From contig CBDCJH010000002.1 of the NCBI GenBank assembly GCA_965217775.1, forward strand, positions 4,864,001 through 4,928,000: a stretch of 64,000 nucleotides of DNA, read 5' to 3'. Below the pieces are notes generated by a model that was not told the origin of the DNA, made no database searches, and saw only the letters and a program-made list of their open reading frames with translations. The number at the start of each line of letters is the position of its first letter. Position 1 is the stretch's first letter. The stretch is from Acidobacteriota bacterium. Lineage in GTDB: Bacteria > Acidobacteriota > UBA6911 > RPQK01 > JAJDTT01. This document shows positions 42,440 to 52,399 of this stretch, piece after piece. The position numbers were made by a program, and so were the translations under genes.

Positions 42440-43326
42440 ACCACCCCCAGCTGATCCAGGAGTCCCCCCCGGTTCCTCCACTCGGGCGCGACACTGACCT
42501 GCAGCTCGAGGGCTACCCTGCGAACGCCCAGGAAGCGCTGGATCTCCTTGCGGGCCCGCGTCCCGATGTTCTTGATCATGCGGCCGGCCCGGCCCACGAC
42601 GATCTTCTTCTGACTCTGCTTCTCCACCATGATGGAGGCCCGGATCACGACCAGGCCGTCGGCCCGCCGGCCTTCGTCGAACTCTTCCACCAGGACAGCC
42701 GTGGAATAGGGAAGTTCCTGCCGGGTGCAATCCAACACCTTCTCGCGGATGAGCTCGCCGACCAGGGACCGCTCCGGTTGGTCCGTCAGGTAATCGGTCG
42801 GATACTCGAACTCCCGTTCGGGCAGGTTCTCGGCGATCCGTTCCAGCAGGACCGCCAGGTTGTCCCCCTTGAAAGCCGAGATGGGAATGATCTCCCGATA
42901 GCCGTGGTGCCGGTGGTAGAAGTCCATCACGGGAAGCAATCGCCCCTTGTTGATGAGGTCGACCTTGTTGAGCAGGAGGATCGCAGGTTGCCGGATCCGG
43001 CGAATCAGATCCAGGACGTATTTCTCGCCCTTGCCGTAACTCTGGGAGGCATCCACCATGTGGAGCACCAGGTCCACCGACCTCAGCGCCTCGTAGACCG
43101 CGCCCATCATCCTTTCGTTTAGCCGGTAGCCGGGGCGATGGACTCCGGGAGTATCCACAAAGATGATCTGCGATTCCGACTGGGTCAGGACGCCCAGAAT
43201 CCGGTGTCTCGTGGTCTGGGGCTTGTCGCTGACGATGGAAACCTTGGATCGGATGAGGCGGTTCAGAAGGCTGGACTTCCCCGAGTTGGGACGGCCGATC
43301 AGGGCGACGAATCCTACCTTTGCCAC
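42436..43326 (-). CDS. era: GTPase Era
   Basis: GRPNSGKSSL, KPQTTR, FVDTPG, NKVD, KH domain with QELPY and SQKKIVVG. Confidence 0.96.
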   Translation of the reverse strand: MAKVGFVALIGRPNSGKSSLLNRLIRSKVSIVSDKPQTTRHRILGVLTQSESQIIFVDTPGVHRPGYRLNERMMGAVYEALRSVDLVLHMVDASQSYGKGEKYVLDLIRRIRQPAILLLNKVDLINKGRLLPVMDFYHRHHGYREIIPISAFKGDNLAVLLERIAENLPEREFEYPTDYLTDQPERSLVGELIREKVLDCTRQELPYSTAVLVEEFDEGRRADGLVVIRASIMVEKQSQKKIVVGRAGRMIKNIGTRARKEIQRFLGVRRVALELQVSVAPEWRNRGGLLDQLGVV

Positions 43327-43333
43327 GGGCTGC

Positions 43334-44539
43334 TCATGCGACCTGAACCGGGCGGGAGGCCAGCCGGTCCTGGATTCGATCCCACAGGAAGGCCGCCACC
43401 CGGGTCTTGCGACGCAGAGGAGAATTCTCTTCCCCTCCTTCCGGATCCAGCAGCAGCACCTGGTTGTAGTCCGACGCGAAGCCTCGATCGGGATGGGAGA
43501 TGTCGTTGGCTACGATCAGGTCCAGCCGCTTCCGGCGCAGTTTATCAAGGGCGTTCCGCCGCAGATCGTTCGACTCGGCGGCGAAGCCCACCAGGAACTG
43601 ACCGGCTCGTTTCTTCTCTCCCAACTCCAAGAGGATGTCCCGAACCGGGCGAAGCCGGAGCGTACTCAAACTCGCTTCGTCCTTCTTGATCTTCTCCCGA
43701 TAACGGCGAGCCGGTGCGAAGTCTCCCACGGCGGCGGCCATGATCACGATCTCCGACCGGTCGAAGCGGCCCCCGACGGCGGTGGCCATCTCCTCGGCCG
43801 ACCGGACGGCAATCAGTTCGACCCCTGCCGGCGGGTTCAGATGGGTAGGCCCCGAGACCAGGGTGACGCGAGCGCCGCGGGTCTGGGCCTCCGCGGCGAT
43901 GGCGTACCCCATCTTCCCGGAGGAACGGTTCGACAGGAACCGGACCGGATCGATGTCTTCGACTGTGGGACCGGCGGTGACCAGCACCCGTTTTCCTCCC
44001 AGTCCCTTCCCTCGGCTCAGGATCCGAAACGCCCGTTCGACAATGACCTCCGGCGCGGCCAGACGTCCCTCCCCCACTTCTCCACAGGCCAGGTAGCCCG
44101 CCTCCGGCTCCACGACGGAGACTCCGCGCCCACGCAGAATCTCCAGATTGGATTCCGTCGCGGGGTGGCGCCACATCTCGACGTTCATGGCGGGAGCCAC
44201 GACGGTGGGAGTGACGGTGGAAATGTAGAGAGTGCTCAGGAAGTCGTCGCCGATGCCGTGGGCGAACTTGGCCAGAGTGTTGGCCGTCGCCGGCGCCACC
44301 AGCAACAGGTCGCTGCTGCGAGCCAGGGCGATATGTTCGATGGCCGTCGAGGAATCCCGGAACAGGCTGTCCACGACGCGGTTGCCCGAGAGCTTTTCCA
44401 GGGTCAACGGTCCCAGGAATCTCTTGGCATGCTCGGTCATCAACGGGAGCACCTCACAGCCTCCCTCCTGAAGCAATCTCAGGATGACGGCAGATTTATA
44501 GGCGGCGATGCAGCCGGTGACCCCCAGAACGATTCGCAT
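43334..44539 (-). CDS. coaBC: Bifunctional phosphopantothenoylcysteine decarboxylase / synthase
   Basis: GVTGCIAAYK, APATANTLAK, PAMN, TAGPT.EDIDPVRFLSNRSSGKMG, GFAAE. Confidence 0.96.
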   Translation of the reverse strand: MRIVLGVTGCIAAYKSAVILRLLQEGGCEVLPLMTEHAKRFLGPLTLEKLSGNRVVDSLFRDSSTAIEHIALARSSDLLLVAPATANTLAKFAHGIGDDFLSTLYISTVTPTVVAPAMNVEMWRHPATESNLEILRGRGVSVVEPEAGYLACGEVGEGRLAAPEVIVERAFRILSRGKGLGGKRVLVTAGPTVEDIDPVRFLSNRSSGKMGYAIAAEAQTRGARVTLVSGPTHLNPPAGVELIAVRSAEEMATAVGGRFDRSEIVIMAAAVGDFAPARRYREKIKKDEASLSTLRLRPVRDILLELGEKKRAGQFLVGFAAESNDLRRNALDKLRRKRLDLIVANDISHPDRGFASDYNQVLLLDPEGGEENSPLRRKTRVAAFLWDRIQDRLASRPVQVA

Positions 44540-44545
44540 GGGATA

Positions 44546-44779
44546 TCAGTAGTCTTCCCTGCCATCGTATTCGGCCTCGAGCGCGTCCTCGTCCGCTTCT
44601 TCCAGGATTTCCCAGGTGATGAGTCCCTGTTGCGCTTCCTGGATGGCGATGTGGGCCGGCTTCGGGGACTTCTCGTCGATCATGGGAGGATAGCCGTTCT
44701 GAAGTTGCTTGGCTCTCTCGGCCGCGACCAGGATAAAGCGAAACTTGCTGTCGTACTCGTCAGGAATATCTACGATCAT
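44546..44779 (-). CDS. rpoZ: RNA polymerase omega subunit
   Basis: MIVDIPDEYDSKFRFILVAAERAKQLQNG..KPAHIAIQE; ATGA overlap with gmk. Confidence 0.92.
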   Translation of the reverse strand: MIVDIPDEYDSKFRFILVAAERAKQLQNGYPPMIDEKSPKPAHIAIQEAQQGLITWEILEEADEDALEAEYDGREDY

Positions 44780-45402
44780 TGGACCTCCTTGAATGTTCCT
44801 ATCACCTCCTGGATCCGCCTGGTGTTCCGAACCGGGCCGCCGGAATCGGATCCACGGGAACCGACCACCGACTTCAACTCCAGCAAGGCGTCCTCTAGGG
44901 AATCGTTTATTATAGCGTATCGGTACTGTTCGTAGGCGCGAACCTCCTCGGCCGCCCGCTCCATGCGCCTCCGGATGACCTCCAGGCGATCCTGCCCCCT
45001 GTCGGTCAGGCGGCGCTCCAGTTCCTTCCGGGAAGGCGGCAGGATCAGGATCGTCAACGCGTCCGGGACCTGCTCCATGATCTGACGAGCTCCTTGAACG
45101 TCGATGTCCAGCAACACGTCCTCTCCCGAGTCGAGGCAATCTCCGACCCATGTCCGGGCCGTGCCGTAATAGTGGCCATGCACGCGAGCGTGCTCCAAGA
45201 AGCGATCGCGGGCCACCATGCCGCGAAATTCGCGTTCGGAGACGAAGAAATATTCGACACCGTCACGCTCCCCTTGCCTGGGTTGCCGAGTTGTGTGACT
45301 GACCGAGAAGCGGAGACGCTCGACCTGCTCGACCAAGGCCCGGCCCAGGCTCGTCTTGCCGGCTCCCGAGGGGCCGCTCATAACGATCAATCTGCCTGCC
45401 AT
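44776..45402 (-). CDS. gmk: Guanylate kinase
   Basis: SGPSGAGKTS, SVSHTTR.PR.GE.DGVEY.F, YYGT, LDIDVQGA. Confidence 0.96.
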   Translation of the reverse strand: MAGRLIVMSGPSGAGKTSLGRALVEQVERLRFSVSHTTRQPRQGERDGVEYFFVSEREFRGMVARDRFLEHARVHGHYYGTARTWVGDCLDSGEDVLLDIDVQGARQIMEQVPDALTILILPPSRKELERRLTDRGQDRLEVIRRRMERAAEEVRAYEQYRYAIINDSLEDALLELKSVVGSRGSDSGGPVRNTRRIQEVIGTFKEVQ

Positions 45403-45462
45403 GCCGCGCGTATCTCCTCCGATTATTCTCGATGATCCGCAGTGATTCCGGACACCGGACCG

Positions 45463-46335
45463 TTATTCTATATTCTGTACTTGTTCCCGGATCTTCTCGA
45501 TCTCGCCCTTCGCTTCCAGGGCCAGGTTCGAGACCTGGGGCAGAGCACTCTTGGCCAGGATGGTCGTCACTTCCCGGTTCATTTCCTGACACAGGAAATC
45601 CAGGTTCTTTCCCCGGGTTTCGGATCCCGGCGCCAGGAGTTGATCGGAGAAACGATCCAGGTGGCTGCTCATGCGGGTGATCTCCTCGGAGATCTCCGCC
45701 CGGGCGGCGTAGTACGCGATCTCTTCGGCCAGCCGGCCCGGGTCCGGCGCGAAGGAGAGGTTCATCTCGTCCAAACGTTTTTTCAACTTCGCGCGAGCCT
45801 GCTCGAACACCTCCGGCGCGTGTCCTCCGATATCCTTCACCGTCCTTCCAAGGGACTGGATCCGCGCCGTCAGGTCTTCGAACAGCCGCGCTCCCTCGGC
45901 CCGGCGGGCGTCCACCACCCGATCCAGGGCCGCGCCGGCCACCGCCAGCAGATCATCGGAGAAGGGGCGGATCTCGTCGGCCGGCTGGTTGGCAACCAGC
46001 GTGCCGGACAGCCGCAGACAGTCGGCCGCGTCCAGCTCTCCGCCGACCCCCAGGGATCGAAGATGCTCCACCATCGTCAGGTAGTTCTTCACCAGATCAT
46101 CGTCGATCCGGTAGCGGGTCCCGGATTTCCAGGCGATCTCCAGTGTCAGGTCCACTCGTCCCCGGCTCAGCTTTTCCCGGACCAGCCGGCGCAATCGAGC
46201 TTCCAGGAACCTGGCTCCGTGCGGGAGCCTCAGCTTCAGGTTCAGGTATCGGCTGTTTAGGGTCCGGACTTCCACCGAGACGTCCATGGTCTCGAAGGCC
46301 GCCTCGGCCTGTCCGAATCCGGTCATGCTGTACAT
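45463..46335 (-). CDS. yicC: YicC/YloC family endoribonuclease
   Basis: MYSMTGFG, EVRTLNSRYL, SEEITR, LDFLCQEMNREVTTI, EKIREQVQNIE. Confidence 0.93.
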   Translation of the reverse strand: MYSMTGFGQAEAAFETMDVSVEVRTLNSRYLNLKLRLPHGARFLEARLRRLVREKLSRGRVDLTLEIAWKSGTRYRIDDDLVKNYLTMVEHLRSLGVGGELDAADCLRLSGTLVANQPADEIRPFSDDLLAVAGAALDRVVDARRAEGARLFEDLTARIQSLGRTVKDIGGHAPEVFEQARAKLKKRLDEMNLSFAPDPGRLAEEIAYYAARAEISEEITRMSSHLDRFSDQLLAPGSETRGKNLDFLCQEMNREVTTILAKSALPQVSNLALEAKGEIEKIREQVQNIE

Positions 46336-46360
46336 GGATCCTCCGATGGTTTCATGGCTG

Positions 46361-48145
46361 TCATGCTTGCGGTTCCAACTGCAGCCTGTGCAGCCTGCGG
46401 TAAGAGGCGGAACGCTCCAGCAGAGTGACGTGGTCTCCCGCGTCCACAATCCGCCCCTCCTCCATGACTGCGATCCGATCCGCCAGGAGCACCGTCGACA
46501 GACGGTGAGCGATGACCAAAGCGGTCCTCTCCCGGAGGAGGTTCAGAAGTGCTTCCTGGACCAGCCGCTCCGACTCGGCATCCAGGGCGGAGGTCGCCTC
46601 GTCCAGAATCAGGATCGGCGCATCCTTGACCAGCGCCCGGGCAATGGCGACCCGCTGGCGCTGCCCCCCGGAGAGTCGAGTTCCCCGCTCGCCGATACGG
46701 GTTTCGTAGCCTGCGGGCAAGCTCCCGATAAAGTCATGGATGAATGCCATTCGGGCCGCTCTTCTGACCTGGGCATCATCGCATTCGGGGCGACCGTACG
46801 CGATATTGTTTCGGATCGTGTCGTCGAACAGAAAGGTCTCCTGGGGGACGAGGGCGATCTGCCGCCGCAGGGAACGGAGGGACACCGTCCGGATGTCGGT
46901 ACCGTCAATCGTGATCCGGCCCGAAGCAGGGTCATGGAAACGGGGAAGCAGGCTGGCCAGAGTACTCTTGCCGGCTCCGCTGGTCCCCACCAGCGCCAGG
47001 ATCTCTCCGCGGGCCAGGTTCAGATCGATCTGACGGAGCACGGGAACGTCGCCCTGACCGTAGCGGAAAGACACCTTCTCGAAGGCAATGGAGCGAGCGA
47101 AGGGGTCGATTTCAACGGCCGCGGGGACGTCCGTCACCCCGACTCGAGAGCCCAGCAAGTCGAAAATCCGGCTGGAGGATGCGAACGCCTGTTGGAAGTG
47201 CAGGTGCATTCTGGAGAGCTTTCTGACCGGCTCGTAGAGGCGAAACAGGGCCGCCAGGAAAACCACCAGGACCCCGATTCCCAGACCTTCCTGAACCTGC
47301 CGGTTGGCGTAGAACAGGAAGGGCACGAAGGAAGCGTATCCGAGGAACTCGACCAGGGGCGACGCCAGGGCCGAGAGCCGGGCCCCCTTGAGATTGGCGT
47401 GGACCAGATCTCCGATGGCACGGCGAAAGCGTTTCTTCTCGTAGTTCTCCATTCCGAAGGCCTGGACGATCTTCTGGCCGGCCAACGTCTCCTGCAACAA
47501 TTGGGAGAGTCGCGCCAGATTTTCCTGGCTCTCGTGGCCGACGCCCCGCATCTTCCGTCCCAGGCGTGTCGCCAGCCCCAGCACCACCGGAGCCATGAGC
47601 AGCGCCAGCAGGGACAACTGCCAATTGATGTAGAAGATCAGTCCCAGAAAGAACAACAAGAGGAAAACCTGACGCAGAAAATCGGTCAGGGACTTGCTGG
47701 CCGCTTCCAGCACCCGTTCCGTATCGTTGAGCACCCGGGACATGAGCTGGCCGGTGGGTTGATCCGAGAAGAAGGCCGCGGACTGGTGAAGCAGGCGCCC
47801 GTAGAGACGATTCCTCAAGAGGGCCACCACGTTCTGTCCACTGTAGCTCATGAGGTATTCGGCAAAATAGAGCAGAAACGCCTTAAGGAGGGACAACCCG
47901 ACCAGGAGAAAGGCGATTCGGCGGAGGCTGCCCCCTCCCAGGCCCAGATATTCCTGTAGAAAATCGAACTTGGTCCGGGCCGCCTCGGCCGTCCCTGCGG
48001 CGGGAGCCAACTGGTCGAAAATCGGCTTCAGGAGCACCGTGATGAGCAAGTCCAGGCCCCCGCTGGCGAACAACAGCAGAAAGCCCAACAGGAGCCAATG
48101 GGCCGTCGGCAGGATGTAGGGAATCAGCTTTCGCAGGTCCGACAC
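46361..48145 (-). CDS. MsbA-like ABC exporter (TMD + NBD)
   Basis: TM domain, [34 protein letters not shown]; GTG start at 48145 inferred. Confidence 0.9.
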   Translation of the reverse strand: MSDLRKLIPYILPTAHWLLLGFLLLFASGGLDLLITVLLKPIFDQLAPAAGTAEAARTKFDFLQEYLGLGGGSLRRIAFLLVGLSLLKAFLLYFAEYLMSYSGQNVVALLRNRLYGRLLHQSAAFFSDQPTGQLMSRVLNDTERVLEAASKSLTDFLRQVFLLLFFLGLIFYINWQLSLLALLMAPVVLGLATRLGRKMRGVGHESQENLARLSQLLQETLAGQKIVQAFGMENYEKKRFRRAIGDLVHANLKGARLSALASPLVEFLGYASFVPFLFYANRQVQEGLGIGVLVVFLAALFRLYEPVRKLSRMHLHFQQAFASSSRIFDLLGSRVGVTDVPAAVEIDPFARSIAFEKVSFRYGQGDVPVLRQIDLNLARGEILALVGTSGAGKSTLASLLPRFHDPASGRITIDGTDIRTVSLRSLRRQIALVPQETFLFDDTIRNNIAYGRPECDDAQVRRAARMAFIHDFIGSLPAGYETRIGERGTRLSGGQRQRVAIARALVKDAPILILDEATSALDAESERLVQEALLNLLRERTALVIAHRLSTVLLADRIAVMEEGRIVDAGDHVTLLERSASYRRLHRLQLEPQA

Positions 48146-48162
48146 GCAGGAATTCCAACATC

Positions 48163-48187
48163 GTAGGGGCAACCCTTGTGGTTGCCC
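48163..48187 (+). repeat. GTAG-type REP palindrome
   Basis: GTAG-gggcaacc-cttgt-ggttgccc, followed by a partial second copy caacccttccggttgccc. Confidence 0.7.
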
Positions 48188-48225
48188 TTCCTTATTATTG
48201 CCTCAACCCTTCCGGTTGCCCTTCG

Positions 48226-49221
48226 TCACCACTTCCAGCCGGACTTCAACTCGTCGTTGATGACGGCTCCCTCGGGCCAGTTGCCCTGGTTCAAGGTGAT
48301 GATGCACTGGGCGGCTTCCATTCCCATGGCAATCACCGAGGCCTCGTCGCATCCCGCCTGATGAGACGTGACCAGAACGTTTCCCATCCTCAGCAGGGGG
48401 TTGTCCGGATCCGGCGGCTCCTGCTCCAGGACGTCGAGTCCGGCAGCCCGAAGCCGGCCGGACCGCAAGGCCTCCAGCAAGTCCGTCTCCTTGACCAGTG
48501 GTCCACGGGCCGTGTTGATCAGAATGCTCCCCGGTTTCATCCGGTCGAACGCCTCTCTCGCGAAGAAGTGCCGGGTCTGGTCCGTCAGCGGACAGTGCAG
48601 GGTGATGAAATCCGACCTCTCCAGAAGCCGATCGAAACTCAGCAGTTCGATGCCGTGGGCACGGACGAATTCCTGGTCCGGTAAAATCTCGTTGGCGACC
48701 ACCTTCATTCCCAGCGGGATGGCCCGGACTGCGGTGCTGCGTCCGATCCGTCCCAGACCGACGATTCCCAAGGTTTTCCCCCTCACCGTGTCCAAGGGCT
48801 TCCGCGGCCATCTTCCGGCCGCGACCTGCCTGGAAGTGGGGACAATGGACCGGACCGTGGCCAGCAACAGGGTGATGGCGTGCTCGGCGACGGCCTCGTG
48901 ATTGGCGGTGGGAGTCACCGTCACCGCAATTCCCCGGCGAGTGGCGGCCTCGACGTCCACCCGGTCGAAACCCACGCCCGCCCGGGCGATGACTCGGAGT
49001 TCCGGCAGCCCGTCCAGGACCGCAGGCGTGAAATGTTCCCCGCCCGCGATGATGGCGTCCAATCCCTTCAACTGACTGATGGTCTCCTCGTCACCGGTCA
49101 GACCCATGACCAACTCCGGGTTGGTGGGATAGCTCACCTCGAAGCCGGCCCGTTTCAGGAGGTCGGCGTAGGGAGAGGGCCGTTGCTGCATGCTGGTGGG
49201 TGTGATCATCACTTTGGACAT
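48226..49221 (-). CDS. D-2-hydroxyacid / phosphoglycerate dehydrogenase family
   Basis: RAGVGFD, GIVGLGRIG, LHCPL, LINTARG, AGLDVLEQEP, SHQAG. Confidence 0.92.
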   Translation of the reverse strand: MSKVMITPTSMQQRPSPYADLLKRAGFEVSYPTNPELVMGLTGDEETISQLKGLDAIIAGGEHFTPAVLDGLPELRVIARAGVGFDRVDVEAATRRGIAVTVTPTANHEAVAEHAITLLLATVRSIVPTSRQVAAGRWPRKPLDTVRGKTLGIVGLGRIGRSTAVRAIPLGMKVVANEILPDQEFVRAHGIELLSFDRLLERSDFITLHCPLTDQTRHFFAREAFDRMKPGSILINTARGPLVKETDLLEALRSGRLRAAGLDVLEQEPPDPDNPLLRMGNVLVTSHQAGCDEASVIAMGMEAAQCIITLNQGNWPEGAVINDELKSGWKW

Positions 49222-49262
49222 GGTGTTTTCCTCGATGCTCGATGAATGGTCCGATTCACGGT

Positions 49263-50513
49263 TTATTGAAAGCGCTCCGGTTCCAGACGCGACAGGTCCT
49301 GGCCGGCGGCCTCCCCGGCGGCCACTTCCGAGATCAGCTTTCCGGTGACGGGTCCCAGGGAGATCCCGATCGTCGAGTGTCCCGTCGCCAGCATCAGGTT
49401 GTTCAGTTTCCGAGTCCGCCCGATGAAGGGAAGGCCGTCCGGCGTGAGTGGGCGCAGGCCTCTCCAGATCTCGTGCAGATCCAACTCTTCCATTCCGACC
49501 AGATGGGATCGGGCGGCCCGCAGGATGGCCCTGACGCGGGGAAGGTTCACCGAGAGGTCCAGACCGGCCAGTTCCAAAGTTCCGCCGAAACGCAGCCTGT
49601 CGCCCATGGGAGTGGCGGCCACTTTGGCATCGGCCAGCATCAAGGGGACTCGCGGGGTGTTGGCCGGAGCCTTGACCGTCACGCTGTATCCCTTGGCGGG
49701 CTGCACGGGCACGTCCAGACCCACGGTCCGAGCCACCGCGGGGGACCAGGACCCGGCGGCAAGCACCACCTGTTCGGGCCGGAAATCCCCTCGGTTAGTG
49801 ACCACCCGCGTGACCTGAGTCCCGGAGGTCTTCAGCTCCAGCACCTCGGTGCCGATCCGCAAGACCGCGCCCGCACGGCGGGCGCCGGCCGCCATCTGGT
49901 GAACGAAACGGTGCGGGATCAGATGAGCGTCGTCGGGATAGTGGATCCCGGCGATGATGGATGGACGCACGTTCGGCTCCATCTCCCGGACTCGATGCGT
50001 GTCCAGCAGAGTGGATTCGAGACCGAATTCCCTCAGGAGCCGAGCTTCCGCCAGGGCTTTGGCCAGAAGCGACTCGGATCGAAAGATCTGCAGCCAGCCC
50101 TTCTGCCGGAAACCGAACTCCAGTTCCCCTTGATCGGCCAGCTCCCGATACAACCCCAAACTGGCTCGCGAGAGATCCCGCAGAACGGGAACACCCTTTC
50201 GCATGGGCTCCACCCTGGAAGCCTGTTGAAACCACCAGAGCCAGCGCACCAGGTCGAGATCGAAACGGGGCTTGATGTAGAAGGGGCTCACCGGATCCAA
50301 CAGCCATCGGAGGCCCTGGCTCAGCACTCCAGGCGCGGCCAGCGGGATCGAGTGGCTGGGGACGACCAGCCCCGAGTTCCCGTACGAACTCCCGGAACAG
50401 ATCTCTCCCCTTTCGACCAGAGTGACGGCGCATCCCCGCTTTGCCAGATAGTAGGCGGAGCAGACGCCGATGACACCGCCGCCGATGACGAGAACGTCGC
50501 TTTTCTCCGTCAT
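49263..50513 (-). CDS. FAD-dependent D-amino acid dehydrogenase-like oxidoreductase
   Basis: VIGGGVIG, SSYGNSG, KGYS, WRGLRPLTPDGLPFIG, ATGH; ATG 50513 with GAGAGG RBS. Confidence 0.9.
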   Translation of the reverse strand: MTEKSDVLVIGGGVIGVCSAYYLAKRGCAVTLVERGEICSGSSYGNSGLVVPSHSIPLAAPGVLSQGLRWLLDPVSPFYIKPRFDLDLVRWLWWFQQASRVEPMRKGVPVLRDLSRASLGLYRELADQGELEFGFRQKGWLQIFRSESLLAKALAEARLLREFGLESTLLDTHRVREMEPNVRPSIIAGIHYPDDAHLIPHRFVHQMAAGARRAGAVLRIGTEVLELKTSGTQVTRVVTNRGDFRPEQVVLAAGSWSPAVARTVGLDVPVQPAKGYSVTVKAPANTPRVPLMLADAKVAATPMGDRLRFGGTLELAGLDLSVNLPRVRAILRAARSHLVGMEELDLHEIWRGLRPLTPDGLPFIGRTRKLNNLMLATGHSTIGISLGPVTGKLISEVAAGEAAGQDLSRLEPERFQ

Positions 50514-50591
50514 CCTCTCTTCGTCCTCGATCTCGGAACCAACGCTCGCGCAACCTACACCGGGGACGGTTCCAAGACAAGACCCGTCGAT

Positions 50592-50765
50592 GAGGAAAGA
50601 GGAAAGCTCCCCCACCGGCCCGATCCGGCGGACGCCCAGGAGAAACAGGAATCGAGTTCATCCGGCTCCGTCTTCCTCAACGAGCCCATCTCCGCTACCG
50701 AGTCCGCTGAGCGTAAACGACCCGCCTGTCTTCACTCTTTTCTCTTTTCTCTTTTCTCTTTTCTT
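50592..50765. repeat. Inverted pair of heptamer arrays; the right array encodes the C-terminus of the upstream gene
   Basis: gaggaaagaggaaag (50592-50606) and cttcactcttttctcttttctcttttctcttttctt (50730-50765). Confidence 0.55.
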
Positions 50766-52399
50766 AGTTTCTCGATGGCTCGCGGCAGCTCGTCGGTCTC
50801 GAAATGAGGCCAGGGGTGAGGCTCACCGTTGCCGTCCACCGCTTCCACCCCCGAACCGGGACCCAGGACCTCTCCCACCAAGGTTGCCTGAATCCCCCGG
50901 TCTCCGAGTGCTTCCTGCAACCGCTCGCGGGAATCGGCTCGGCAGACGATGAGGAGACTGCCGGAGCCGATGAGTCCCAGCGGATCGATGCCCAGCAGGC
51001 GGCAGATCCGCGCCGTCTCCGGAAAGACGGGAACCTGGTGGATCCGGATTCGAATGCGGTGCCGCCCGGCATGGGTCAATTCCTCCAGGGCCGTGGCGAC
51101 TCCCCCTTCGGTCACGTCGTGGAGAGCCGAGACTCCTCCCGATTCCAGAGCCGTCCCGGCCTCGTCCAGAACGCTGATTCCGGGAGAGAAGAGAAACTGG
51201 GCGCTACGGGAAATATCAACCCCCGTGAGACCCAGACGGGCCAGGGCCTGGGGAAACTCGCGGGCCAGGATCGCAGTTCCCTCCACTGCCAACGCCTTGG
51301 TCAAGAGAATCTGGTCGCCGGTCCGGATCCGCTTCTTGTCCAAGAGCCGGCTACGCTTGGCTGTCCCCACCATCTGCCCAACGACGACCGGTTTGTTGAC
51401 GGCATCGGTGATCTCGGTATGGCCGCCGCAGAGAGTCACTCCCAGCCGGTCGCACCAGCACTGGAGACTCGCCATCAGCCTCGCGACCTGTTCGGCGGTG
51501 GTTCCCGGAGGGAACAGGAGGGTGGTCAGCAGCCAGCGCGGCGTGCCCCCGGACGTGGCCACGTCGTTGGCGTTGACCAGCAGCGCATAGTACCCCATCT
51601 CGTCGGTGGCGAAGGTGATGGGGTCCGACTTCAGGATCAGGACCTCATCTTCCTGTCCCAATGCCACGGCGGCCGTATCCTCTCCCACGCCGGGACCGAT
51701 GAGAAGCGACGGGTCGGCCGGCTCCCTCTTGTCCAGGAACCGGGCCAGCATGCGGTTCGGAAGTTTCCCCGACGCCAGGGGCAGCCTGTCGCGGACCAAC
51801 GCTCCCACTTGGGCCAGCGTCTCGACCACGTAGTCCGGAATGAGAGTGTCGGGCGGTTCCATCCGGCCGTTGGTCAGAAAGACCGTGGGCGCGCCGGCTC
51901 GGAGGCCCGCGTCGATGTCGAAATGGAAATCTCCCACCACCAAGGTCTCGCCCTCACTGACTCCCATGGTCCTGGCGGCGAGTCGGATCCCAGCGGGATG
52001 CGGTTTGGGCAAAACGCCGTCGTCCCTGGAGATGATGACGTCGAAATCGGAGGGGCCCACCGAGGGAAAATTTTCCAGGGCACGGACAACCGCGGCGCGG
52101 CTGTTCCGGCTCACGACGGCCAATGGCAGCCGCCTCGCCTGCAGCTCCCGAATCAGTTCCTCGGCGCCGTCGTTGGGCCGCGATCGGGCCGCGCCCTCCA
52201 TCTCGAAGCGGTGGAGGACACGCAGGCAGCGCCGGCGCCGATCCGGAGGAAGTCCCTGGATGTATTCCAAGATGGGGGCTCCGGCCGGACTGGCCAGTTC
52301 CTCCCGCAGCCGTTGGAAGTCGAGAGAACCAGGACGGGTGAGCGTGCCGTCGAAATCGAAGAGAATCGCCCGTATGGTCCGAACCGGCGTCGCCTTCAC
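50732..52399 (-). CDS. HAD-IA hydrolase fused to an AIR-synthase/HypE-like (PurM superfamily) domain
   Basis: FDFDGTL, SRNS, KPHP, VGDFHFD, then GKLP, GPGVGEDTA, SDPIT, ANDVA, GGHTEIT, HDVTEGG, LIGSGSLL; GTG start overlaps the amidase stop. Confidence 0.85.
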   Translation of the reverse strand: MKATPVRTIRAILFDFDGTLTRPGSLDFQRLREELASPAGAPILEYIQGLPPDRRRRCLRVLHRFEMEGAARSRPNDGAEELIRELQARRLPLAVVSRNSRAAVVRALENFPSVGPSDFDVIISRDDGVLPKPHPAGIRLAARTMGVSEGETLVVGDFHFDIDAGLRAGAPTVFLTNGRMEPPDTLIPDYVVETLAQVGALVRDRLPLASGKLPNRMLARFLDKREPADPSLLIGPGVGEDTAAVALGQEDEVLILKSDPITFATDEMGYYALLVNANDVATSGGTPRWLLTTLLFPPGTTAEQVARLMASLQCWCDRLGVTLCGGHTEITDAVNKPVVVGQMVGTAKRSRLLDKKRIRTGDQILLTKALAVEGTAILAREFPQALARLGLTGVDISRSAQFLFSPGISVLDEAGTALESGGVSALHDVTEGGVATALEELTHAGRHRIRIRIHQVPVFPETARICRLLGIDPLGLIGSGSLLIVCRADSRERLQEALGDRGIQATLVGEVLGPGSGVEAVDGNGEPHPWPHFETDELPRAIEKLRKEKREKRKE

